Counted from the stretch's first letter, positions 19,893 through 28,677 are shown. The stretch is 32,000 bases of DNA from Candidatus Thorarchaeota archaeon (GCA_048882505.1 JBHLRO010000017.1:30001-62000), one strand, 5' to 3'. Translations and numbers: made by a program. The notes: generated from the letters alone by a model not told the origin.

Positions 19893-21590
19893 TCAATCAG
19901 AGCGATTCAAACTTGGATTAATAGCGGCCTCATCGTTTAAAGGGTTGTCCAAGTGTCGTTGCTTCTTATATTTCGCCCTAATAGCTGGAATGATCACCAT
20001 CGAAGAAACCGCGATGGATCCTAAAACAGATAGAAGGAGATCCTCAGGTTGAAGATATTCTTCGGATCCTATTCCTTCGCAACTTATAAGGTCTGGAAAC
20101 AAGGGAGTAGCGTTTATTTGGTAGTTGGCGTTAAGGAGGAACAAGGCAATCCCAGCGCTGCCATCATAATATGACAGGTGATGTCCATATTGACTTAGGG
20201 ATGTAGTTAATCGTGGTTTCCCTGTTGCTACCGGAAATCTGTTATGGTTAGTTTTCTGCGTTTCAAGCCAGTTTGCAGCTCCTAGAAGCATATTTTTGAA
20301 TTGTGGGCAGCCAAATGTCTCATACATTTCGCCAAAAAAGGCTCCAATTCCAGCAGCTCCGTAACTATACCCAGTCATATAAACCTCACTATCCTCTCCA
20401 GTAATAGCTTTTGGCCATTTAAAGCCAGCATCAGTGCTGATTGCTGACCTCAATAACCAATCCGCGGCATCAATTGCGCCATTAGCATATCTGAGGTCCA
20501 TTGACTTTTTATACAACTCCAAAAAAAATTTTCCAACACCAGCGGCTCCAGCATCTATACCTGTAATTATATCAGTACTATCGATCCCTGTAGAATAGAC
20601 CACTCCTCCATTTGCCCAATTATCACCTTTTGTTTTTTCCAAAAGCCAATTTCCTATTCTTTTAGCATTAGTTAACCATCTTTCGTCGCCTGTGGAATCA
20701 TATAGGTTCAGGAAAAACGAGCCAATTCCGGCATTTCCACTTCCGAGACCCGTATAAAAATGGGAATCGTACGGGGACGAAGTCGACCACGGTAAAGCCA
20801 TTGTTCCCGGGTTTTCCTTCATGGCTATGCTTTCTAGCCACCGTGCTCCCGAAATCGCGATATTCTTCCATTCAGGTTCATTCAAAGCATGCCCGGCCTC
20901 CAAAAAAGCGCTAACAATCCCAACAGTTCCATAATTGAAGTCACTTACACCTATAATATCATTCATTCCGTACCCCCAATATTTTACTCCTCCATTGAGA
21001 CTTAGATTGGTGTTCGCTTGGTACTTTAAGGTTATCAAGGTTCTGTTTAGTAGTTCTGAGTACGTGGAATTCTTTGTATATTGATACAGATGTAAAAGAA
21101 GTGAGGCAATCCCCGCATTCCCGTATTTCTTTCCGATATAGCGATTTCTCGTTCCTTCTCCTGTAAACCAATAGATCCCACCGTTTTCATCTGCTCTTGC
21201 TCCTTTGATAATGAAGTTCGCGGCCTTCTCAGCGTATTCTAATAAGGTTTTATTTAGAGAAATGAGATAGAATGATAAAAGGACATCAGCAATGCCCGCT
21301 GTGCCCCAATGATATCCGTAAAAATATTGGTTCCAATCCTCATCCCAATCCCGAGGAGGAGGATCGATAATACGGGGCCACTTGGCCTGATCCCCTGTCT
21401 GAACCAAATCCCCTATCAAACCTTCGATGATTTCGAAGGCCATACTCCTCATCGATTCACCATTAGCTGTCTTTATCCCAGTTGTGTTTTCCTGATGCCC
21501 CCAAACACCGGAAACCGGTAGTCCTGGATATAAAAGCAGCACTAGCAGGACTAAAATCACGCCAAATTTTCTTTTTAACATATGAATCAA
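19893..21590 (-). CDS. exported, C-terminally membrane-anchored LanC-like (alpha/alpha)-toroid protein lacking Zn ligands
   Basis: Seven G/S/DxxxGxxG loop-helix repeats, signal peptide (likely ATG at 21581, MLKRKFGVILVLLVLLL), C-terminal TM followed by RAKYKKQR, several NxS/T sequons. Confidence 0.8.
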   Translation of the reverse strand: MIHMLKRKFGVILVLLVLLLYPGLPVSGVWGHQENTTGIKTANGESMRSMAFEIIEGLIGDLVQTGDQAKWPRIIDPPPRDWDEDWNQYFYGYHWGTAGIADVLLSFYLISLNKTLLEYAEKAANFIIKGARADENGGIYWFTGEGTRNRYIGKKYGNAGIASLLLHLYQYTKNSTYSELLNRTLITLKYQANTNLSLNGGVKYWGYGMNDIIGVSDFNYGTVGIVSAFLEAGHALNEPEWKNIAISGARWLESIAMKENPGTMALPWSTSSPYDSHFYTGLGSGNAGIGSFFLNLYDSTGDERWLTNAKRIGNWLLEKTKGDNWANGGVVYSTGIDSTDIITGIDAGAAGVGKFFLELYKKSMDLRYANGAIDAADWLLRSAISTDAGFKWPKAITGEDSEVYMTGYSYGAAGIGAFFGEMYETFGCPQFKNMLLGAANWLETQKTNHNRFPVATGKPRLTTSLSQYGHHLSYYDGSAGIALFLLNANYQINATPLFPDLISCEGIGSEEYLQPEDLLLSVLGSIAVSSMVIIPAIRAKYKKQRHLDNPLNDEAAINPSLNRSD

Positions 21591-21683
21591 GGGGCCGCAA
21601 CCAGTTAATTGACCATTCTCCCTATAAACAAATAAAATTAATATTGATTCTGTTGAGAAAAAAAAAGGGGGGAAATAGGAATT

Positions 21684-22622
21684 TTAGCCTTTTCTACCTT
21701 TTTTCCGGAAAAACCCTGTCCCAATTGTAACCGCAGTCAAACTAACTACCAATGCAATTACAGTAAAGCCAGGCGTTGATTGGCTTGCTGGTTCTCCCAA
21801 TTCGATATTTAGCCATCCAACAGTTTCCGCAGATACAAGGTGACCATCGTCTTCCCATCCTGTGGGGGTTTCATCGGGATCCCAATAGGCTACACCCATT
21901 TTGTAGACACTGTTCTCAGAGAACTGCGTATCATTGTCATCTGTGGTTTCTAAGGCTCTCTTCATTTCGAAAACATAATGGCCTCTCGAACCAGCGATAT
22001 CGGTATGGTTCCAATTGCCGAACAAGGAATTCTCCGCCGCATCATCATGCCTGTTTTCTGAACTCGTGGCCCATTCGTCGTCAAAATTGCCGACAGGATC
22101 GTCCCCACTGGTGGCAGTCCCCTTACCACCTACGATAGTGCCTGGTGCTGTCTCCAGTTCCCAATGCCAGATATCTACTTTTCCCTGACTGACACCTGCA
22201 TCGTCCATTCCCATGTGGGGTCCAGCTTCCTCATCTATTGCCCACATAACTGCTACGTGGCCCGATAAATGATGGTCCGAGCTGTTAAAAGCGTAATTAT
22301 CCTGTATTTCAACAAGAACGGCGATATTATCTGCATCGAATGCAACCCGCACATTTACATCAAGCTGCCTATCGTCGTTTGGAACCTCATCCCGTTCAAT
22401 CGGTACAATAGTAAACGAAAGTCCCCCTACTGCCGCCCAATCACTGGAATCTCCATCCAAGGCAATAGTTGTGAGATCCGTTTCGGTTGCTCGAAGCGTA
22501 AGGTGTGCACCATGCTCATGTTCACCGTTAGCCTGTACAAGTACAATAGTACTCACAAATCCTAACAAAAGCAGAGCAGTTAGCGATGCAATTCGCAAGG
22601 AATTTCCTATTTTAGTTTTCAT
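21684..22622 (-). CDS. surface-anchored DOMON-like / EbdC-related putative heme-binding protein, PGF-CTERM-like (paralog B)
   Basis: Same motifs as paralog A, including a 40-aa identical block (KVDIWHWE...DEWATS). His-rich HEHGAH after the signal peptide. C-terminus TPGF + TM + RKKGRK. Confidence 0.7.
   Translation of the reverse strand: MKTKIGNSLRIASLTALLLLGFVSTIVLVQANGEHEHGAHLTLRATETDLTTIALDGDSSDWAAVGGLSFTIVPIERDEVPNDDRQLDVNVRVAFDADNIAVLVEIQDNYAFNSSDHHLSGHVAVMWAIDEEAGPHMGMDDAGVSQGKVDIWHWELETAPGTIVGGKGTATSGDDPVGNFDDEWATSSENRHDDAAENSLFGNWNHTDIAGSRGHYVFEMKRALETTDDNDTQFSENSVYKMGVAYWDPDETPTGWEDDGHLVSAETVGWLNIELGEPASQSTPGFTVIALVVSLTAVTIGTGFFRKKGRKG
22069..22178 (-). repeat. 110-bp inverted repeat, copy 2 (inside paralog B)
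   Basis: Reverse complement matches 19207-19316 at 108/110 positions. Confidence 0.95.
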
Positions 22623-22676
22623 TGATTCATCACTCTAAAATTTTATGAGAATGTTTACGATGTACATTTTTCTAGT

Positions 22677-22691
22677 TATTTATATTTTTCC
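22677..22691 (-). promoter_or_regulatory. putative BRE+TATA promoter of the 22622 gene
   Basis: Minus strand reads GGAAAAATATAAATA, about 55-60 nt upstream of the ATG. Confidence 0.45.
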
Positions 22692-22841
22692 ATAAAAAAG
22701 CTGAAAAACCTGACAATGTAAACTTCGTTAAATCCTTTTTAGCGGCTAAATCTAGCTTAAAAGAAGTCCCAAAAGTAGTTTTGTATATGAAGGATCTCTA
22801 GTACCATAAAAAAACTCTAATGGATATTAAAACAAACTTTA

Positions 22842-23522
22842 TTAGGCTTCTGCCTTCATAACACGAAAAAGACAGTGGCTATCACCTTTACTAATACATT
22901 TGTCCTTTATAACCTTTCGATCCGTCAATTGACCATAGAAAACCTCATCTATTTTGCAGATCAATGGATTTAACTTCATAACCCCATACAAGACGCAATT
23001 GTGCGTTTTAATGTCATAAGAAGAATTTTCTTCTGTTATTTCGGGGTAAACCCCATATTCTTCCAAAATACCAACAAACTGCAGCAATTTCTGTTTTAAA
23101 GAATCTGGACGTCCAGTGTTTTGATTTTGACGCATTAGTTGAAGTTCTATGTCTTTTGCAATTCTCTCCCCTATGCGTTCTAGAAGCTCTATTGTTTTGT
23201 CCGTTCCATGGAGCTTTTCATGTTCATCCAAAATATAAATGCAGAAATCTTTGTATACCTTTGGGAATAATTCGATTCCTTTATCTACTAGGGTATATCG
23301 CATTGCTGGACGGCCAGATTGCCCTTTCATTTCAGAGCGCTGTATGTAGCCATCTTTTTCTAGGTTAACCAGGTAATTCCAAATAGTATTTGAGCTTAAT
23401 CCAACGGCGTTGGCTATCTGTTTAACAGTGGGTCCAGGCCCCGATCCATTAAGCAATAAGTATTGTAATATCTTTCCACGCGTTCCCTTGTTGGTTCCGT
23501 CTCCTACGAGTGACACAAACAT
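22842..23522 (-). CDS. winged-HTH transcriptional regulator, COG2345/SufR-like, with a Cys-containing C-terminal sensor domain
   Basis: TVKQIANAVGLSSNTIWNYLVNLEKDGYI...GRP..RY.L; C-terminal HNC-x12-C...C-x7-C.F. Confidence 0.85.
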   Translation of the reverse strand: MFVSLVGDGTNKGTRGKILQYLLLNGSGPGPTVKQIANAVGLSSNTIWNYLVNLEKDGYIQRSEMKGQSGRPAMRYTLVDKGIELFPKVYKDFCIYILDEHEKLHGTDKTIELLERIGERIAKDIELQLMRQNQNTGRPDSLKQKLLQFVGILEEYGVYPEITEENSSYDIKTHNCVLYGVMKLNPLICKIDEVFYGQLTDRKVIKDKCISKGDSHCLFRVMKAEA

Positions 23523-24131
23523 TCCTCAATTTATATTAAACTACCATACTCTTGGATTTAATAAATTTATTCGAGACTGAAAACGTGACGGTCGAACGAA
23601 GGAAGATTGAGCTACTAAGGCACACTTATAACTAATCACTCTGTTTAAACAAGAATCACGTTTGGATTGAAAAACTTGAAAGTGAAGATGTACTCTTCTA
23701 TTCCTCAGAATATTATTGTCACCTAATTCCGGGATCCTCCGTTCCTACAGTGTTCACCCGACTAGCTAGTAATTCACCTTTGAATTCGGTTTCTTCCCTC
23801 TCCAACGGCAATGAGTTATTCATCGGAATCAGAAAAGTGGGCGTCCGCTTCGAGAATGCTACCTCAATGTAAATTTGAACTTTTGCTCATCATTATAATG
23901 TTAAAACCCTAATACAGAGAACGTTCACATGAATAACGCTAAATTCTTGATCCCATAACCTTATTATACAAGAAAGGTCTTAATTGAGACATTGGAGTTT
24001 TTTATCTACAATATCGACGTGGTGTAGGTCTTCTTCCTTTAGTCGTAGATGAAATCACTTATGGATAAAAATCTGCTTTTTTTTTTATCAAAAGCAAGGT
24101 GTAGGGATAACATAACGGTAAAATAAGTGAT

Positions 24132-25250
24132 ATGGAATTAGAACTTCTACCTATGTGGCGATTTTATATGAAATATCAGAAATTAGGTTCCACTGGGATG
24201 CACGTATCCAGAATTAGCCTAGGTACTATGTTTTATGGAGGAGCTCAATTTAAGGCAACAAACTATCCGATAGCGCCGGAGGTGGGTAAAGCATGCATCA
24301 AAAGAGGTTTAGATGTCGGGATAAACTACCTGGACTGCGCCGATATCTACGGCGGCTATGGAGGGGCTGAGGAAATCATTGGTAACGTACTTAAGGATTA
24401 TGAGCGTGCAGATGTCGTTATTAGCACCAAGGTTCACGTACCCATGAGTCCCAAGCCTAACGATAGAGGATTAAGTAGAAAACACATCTCAGAGTCAATT
24501 AAAAGGAGCCTTAAGAGGTTAAAGACGGATTATGTTGACCTCTACTATTGTCATCGTTATGATTACTCCACACCGCTGGTCGAGACTGTCCTATCCATGA
24601 ATCAATTGATTGAGGAAGGTTATATTCTATATTGGGCAACATCTAATTGGACTGCAGCCCAATTAGAGAGAGTTCATGGGCTGGCATCAGGGTTAGGCCT
24701 TCATGCTCCAGTTTGTGATCAGGTCCAGTACAATATGTTCTTAAGGTATGGTGTAGAAGTGGAACTACCTTACACCATAGATTATACTGGACTAGGGGTC
24801 GTTGCTTATCGCGTATTATCAGCTGGTTTATTATCGGGAAGATACAACAATAGTTTGCAGAAAAATCTAACAGAAAACGATCGTCAGACAATTGAAGAGT
24901 ATGGAGGGGAAATTTCCTCGACATTAGATAAATTTACCAAACTAAATGCCTTCGCAGAAGACCTAGATCTTTCTCTTCCGCAGTTGGCGTATGTATGGGT
25001 GTTACAGAACGAATCTGTTTCCACAGCACTGATGAGCACAAGTAAACCAGAAAGAATAGAAGAAAACATACAGGCCCTAGATATTACATTGGATGCGAAC
25101 CAAATGAATACAATAGAAGAAATTTTAGCAAATACTCCCAGGGCACCGAAGATGTACCGCCATTTAGCATTTGGTACTTACCGAAACTTTCTATCAGAGG
25201 ATCCACGAGCTGAACGCGGATTGTATCCGCCAGATCCACGCGTTTTTTGA
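24132..25250 (+). CDS. aldo/keto reductase
   Basis: LG.TG..VS.ISLGTM and intact D-Y-K-H tetrad (DCADIYG, ISTKV, DLYYCHRYD). Likely start is the ATG at 24168 (MKYQKLG). Confidence 0.93.
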   Translation: MELELLPMWRFYMKYQKLGSTGMHVSRISLGTMFYGGAQFKATNYPIAPEVGKACIKRGLDVGINYLDCADIYGGYGGAEEIIGNVLKDYERADVVISTKVHVPMSPKPNDRGLSRKHISESIKRSLKRLKTDYVDLYYCHRYDYSTPLVETVLSMNQLIEEGYILYWATSNWTAAQLERVHGLASGLGLHAPVCDQVQYNMFLRYGVEVELPYTIDYTGLGVVAYRVLSAGLLSGRYNNSLQKNLTENDRQTIEEYGGEISSTLDKFTKLNAFAEDLDLSLPQLAYVWVLQNESVSTALMSTSKPERIEENIQALDITLDANQMNTIEEILANTPRAPKMYRHLAFGTYRNFLSEDPRAERGLYPPDPRVF

Positions 25251-25272
25251 CAAGGAATTGGCACGCATACAA

Positions 25273-26457
25273 TTAATCAATAAAAGATACTTGGCCAGAC
25301 AGATGGAGCCCTCTACGTCGCATTTCTGAAACAAATTCCGCGCTATCTAGGGCCAGCTCAAGAGGAACTGCTCCCCTTTTCGTGCGACCTTCGGCCATCA
25401 TAGTGGCAACGATTGCTGCATCCCAACCCGTAGTACGTTGCATCGCAGTAAATCCGGTTGATTCGTCATAAAAGTCGATAAGATCGATTTGAGCTTTTGC
25501 CTTTCTTCCCTCCTTTAATCCACAGCATATAACACGTATAACAACAACATCTTTGTCATCAGGAAACGTTACGAGGGGTTCTAGTAGCTTTGCCAGAAGT
25601 TTCCGAGGTGACACGCTTACGTTTCCCAAATTGATCTTTTCCGGGCTAAATAATCCCAAGTCATGCATTGTTTTTAGCTGGGAGTAATGTCCTGGATATC
25701 GTACAGTCTTGTTTTGGTATGTTTTTAGCTTGCCCTTGAAAGTTCGTGGGGCAGTTGAGGTTCCTCCTGCTGTAGTGAATGCCTCGAGTTTTCCTAGGGG
25801 GGAAGGGAATTCAATTTCCTCTAATTCTAGAAAACACGGAACCTCGATGATTTCACCGTTTCTAAGGAATTCGGTTGTTCCATAATATTCATTTATCAGT
25901 CCATTAACATGGAAAGTTAAGGAGTAATTGAAAGGAGGTCGTGGATTCTGCGGAAGACCCCCATCCCACATAAATATTTCTTCTGGCGTATCTAATAGAC
26001 TCATAGCATATACACAAAGGCTGGTGCCCATCCCAGGAACTTGTCCGCAATCTGGGATAATTGATATTCCGGCTTCTTTAGCTTGCGGATCCAATTCCAG
26101 TTCCTTCTTAACAAGATCCGTGTTACCGCCCAGATCACACATATTTGTTCGCGTTGCGATTGCTCCCTTGGCAATTCCAAGATTATAGTAGTAAGGTACA
26201 GCGCTTACGACTGTATTTACTCCAGAAAGAAACTCAGATAATTTAGCTTTATCTTCAACATTGATTTGGGCTGGTTTTACGATATCCGTGTCTAGGAGAT
26301 CGTTAACCCTTGAGGAAGCTTGTATCGCGGCAATAAGATTGAGATCACCAATTTTAAGCTTCTCGGCCTTGCCATATTTCGCTAAATCATAGGCTGCTGC
26401 CGTACCCTGACGGCCCGCCCCGAGAATCGCAAAAGTGCGGCCACTTGCTTTAACCAT
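25273..26457 (-). CDS. saccharopine dehydrogenase-like / L-lysine 6-dehydrogenase family oxidoreductase (COG1748)
   Basis: Rossmann ILGAGRQG, SAVPY, DCGQVPG, GGLPQNPRPPFNY, LEAFTTAGG, KTVRYPGH. ATG at 26457 chosen because the ORF-track start at 26496 overlaps the upstream gene. Confidence 0.88.
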   Translation of the reverse strand: MVKASGRTFAILGAGRQGTAAAYDLAKYGKAEKLKIGDLNLIAAIQASSRVNDLLDTDIVKPAQINVEDKAKLSEFLSGVNTVVSAVPYYYNLGIAKGAIATRTNMCDLGGNTDLVKKELELDPQAKEAGISIIPDCGQVPGMGTSLCVYAMSLLDTPEEIFMWDGGLPQNPRPPFNYSLTFHVNGLINEYYGTTEFLRNGEIIEVPCFLELEEIEFPSPLGKLEAFTTAGGTSTAPRTFKGKLKTYQNKTVRYPGHYSQLKTMHDLGLFSPEKINLGNVSVSPRKLLAKLLEPLVTFPDDKDVVVIRVICCGLKEGRKAKAQIDLIDFYDESTGFTAMQRTTGWDAAIVATMMAEGRTKRGAVPLELALDSAEFVSEMRRRGLHLSGQVSFID

Positions 26458-26473
26458 TTTCGTGTTCCTTCCA

Positions 26474-27589
26474 TCAGTCTGGATGACCATTGCCACTCCT
26501 CCTTTGCCAGGCGATGCTGCCCAACACCTCGACGAAAAGACGAGCGCATAATTGTCCTGAGATTCCAGTAGGCGAATCGTACTGGGGCCCCAGGCAGCAA
26601 ATATCGAATCCGTTTATCAGCTTCGTCCTACCTATCCTTCTTAGGGCAGAAATAATTTCTCGTGACGACAGTCCACCCGGTTCTGGATATTTCTGAGCAG
26701 GGCAGAAAGCTGGATCCATTACATCTATATCCAGGGAAATATAAAGCGAATCAGTGTTTTTACTGGCAATAGTCAGGGCCCGCTCAATGATCGCTAGTAT
26801 GCCATCCCTTTCAATTTCGGCCATGGTAAAGAAGCTGAGTCCCAATTCCTCTGCAACATATTTTTCGTGAACCTGGTTTCTCAACCCTCTAATTCCAATA
26901 GAACAATAGTTTGCAGGATTCACATTTTCTAGCTCAAGAAGTCGGACCCATTGCGATGCTGCGGAAAATTCGGGATCGTAATAGAGATCAAAATGCGAAT
27001 CAAAAGTGATAATTCCAATATTCCCCCGTGTATGATTGGTGAGCGCTTTTACCGCAGGTAATGGAATTGCATGGTCCCCTCCTGCGATCAGCGGAATCAC
27101 TCCAGCTTCATACACCCCAGATATGGCGTTATAACAGCGTTCAAGAGAAGTTTCTGGATCGGAAATAATCACTTCGACATTTCCATGATCTACAGCATTA
27201 ATATGATCAAAAAGAATGAAATTCGTTCCGAGTTCAGGAAAATATCCCCATCCATGATTGTACGAATAAAAAACAGAGTACTTACGAATGTGATCAGGGG
27301 CCTGATCCGCACCCGTCCGGTAGTATATTGAGTTAGGGAAAGCAGGCGATGCGGTCGCAGGTAAGATTGTCCAAGGATCTTGGTATTTCAATCCCTCCCA
27401 AGGAATGCCAAGGAATGCCACATCAGTATTCTTCAGCTGTTTCCCGCTTTGAACATAAGGAAGTTCCATAAAAGTTGGTACATCATCATACAGGATCGCT
27501 TTTAATCGTCTTTCCGTCCTTTGTGGAATTCGACGTTCAGCTGCGGCATAAGCTTTATCCCACGAATCTTTAAGATCGATTTTAATCAC
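26474..27589 (-). CDS. agmatinase-like ureohydrolase (arginase superfamily)
   Basis: GGDHAIP, FDSHFD (DxHxD), SLDIDVMDP and PEPGGL metal-binding motifs. Confidence 0.9.
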   Translation of the reverse strand: MIKIDLKDSWDKAYAAAERRIPQRTERRLKAILYDDVPTFMELPYVQSGKQLKNTDVAFLGIPWEGLKYQDPWTILPATASPAFPNSIYYRTGADQAPDHIRKYSVFYSYNHGWGYFPELGTNFILFDHINAVDHGNVEVIISDPETSLERCYNAISGVYEAGVIPLIAGGDHAIPLPAVKALTNHTRGNIGIITFDSHFDLYYDPEFSAASQWVRLLELENVNPANYCSIGIRGLRNQVHEKYVAEELGLSFFTMAEIERDGILAIIERALTIASKNTDSLYISLDIDVMDPAFCPAQKYPEPGGLSSREIISALRRIGRTKLINGFDICCLGPQYDSPTGISGQLCARLFVEVLGSIAWQRRSGNGHPD

Positions 27590-27679
27590 CTAAACATATT
27601 TAGAGTGAACATTCACGCTGGGATTGACCTAAGTAAAATAGCTTTGTTTCCAAACATTATTGTCAGTGGAAGGCTGCAA

Positions 27680-28177
27680 ATGGACTCATTATATCTTCTA
27701 AAGTATTTATGCTATATGGTTGAAAATCAGACAAGGTGGGTTTGCCAAAACGTTACGGACGATGATGCACGGTGGCGTCCAGAGAACAGCACCGCACCTG
27801 CAATCGGTTGGATTGTAGGGCATATTCTAGTCTGGCATGATTTAGCGTTTAACCATCGTTTTTGCGGAAACGCTACGATAACGGATGATCTGACTGCGGT
27901 CTTTGGTTTTGGAACTCCTGGAGACTTTCCACACCCTCACACCTTGAAATCCCTATTTGATTCGTTTGGTAAGATTAACAGTCAAATAGCCAAGACCTTA
28001 GAATCAAGAGACGAAGCCTGGTTAAACGCACAATTTGATTATACGGGATTTCCACAGCATTGGCACGGAAAAAGCATTGGAAAAGGTTTTGTAATCGGTC
28101 TCAACCATTCTTTTACCCATACTGGACAAATTATCGAAATAAAAAGGCAAATGGGAAAGGTGGCATGGGGAATTTAG
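27680..28177 (+). CDS. DinB/YfiT-family protein
   Basis: WIVGHI and NHSFTHTGQI His triad. ATG at 27680 preferred because the longer ORF overlaps the divergent ureohydrolase. Confidence 0.85.
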   Translation: MDSLYLLKYLCYMVENQTRWVCQNVTDDDARWRPENSTAPAIGWIVGHILVWHDLAFNHRFCGNATITDDLTAVFGFGTPGDFPHPHTLKSLFDSFGKINSQIAKTLESRDEAWLNAQFDYTGFPQHWHGKSIGKGFVIGLNHSFTHTGQIIEIKRQMGKVAWGI

Positions 28178-28677
28178 AGTCTCCCAGCTTGTCCGAGTTT
28201 GGCGGCATCTGACGTAAAAAGACTGGAATCTGCTTTATTATCCTCCTAACGGTTTCTCTCGGCCTTTATTTGATGTAAACATCAGTATACGATATTAATA
28301 GGCTAGAAGCGTCAGTTGTTTTACTTTGGTGACTAGTCCAATTTATTGTATGCCATTGAGGGATGTGGATTCGATTTTAAAACGGATACGAAGGGTTTGG
28401 AAAATATCGATTTTTTTTTTGGTTGAAAATCACCTTGGTAAAAAAAACGAAATTTCATGTTTCTTACTAAGATAGGTTTTATGAATTACGATATTCGTAA
28501 TTAGTTATTAAAAAACGATAGTTAATAGAATAGATTATTTAGCTACCCTAATAACCTATTGATTGGGTCGCCATCCATCAGAGAGAAAAACCTGATCGAT
28601 CTAACTATCAGAACAATTGGCAGCCTCCAGCCTCCGTAGATATGTTAGAATTGATCGTTTTTGGAATGGTGTAATAC

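Noticed and set aside
19701-21684. Lanthipeptide biosynthetic cluster
   Set aside because: No precursor peptide, LanB/LanM/LanKC dehydratase or transporter found. The LanC-like protein lacks Zn ligands and is exported.
19207-22178. Diversity-generating retroelement TR/VR pair
   Set aside because: No reverse transcriptase in the window. Both copies are coding, and the two mismatches are synonymous C/T changes in opposite directions, not adenine-directed.
23523-24131. Structured ncRNA or small gene in the 600-bp intergenic gap
   Set aside because: Only a ~55-codon minus-strand open stretch without a convincing start, and no tRNA or riboswitch pattern recognised.
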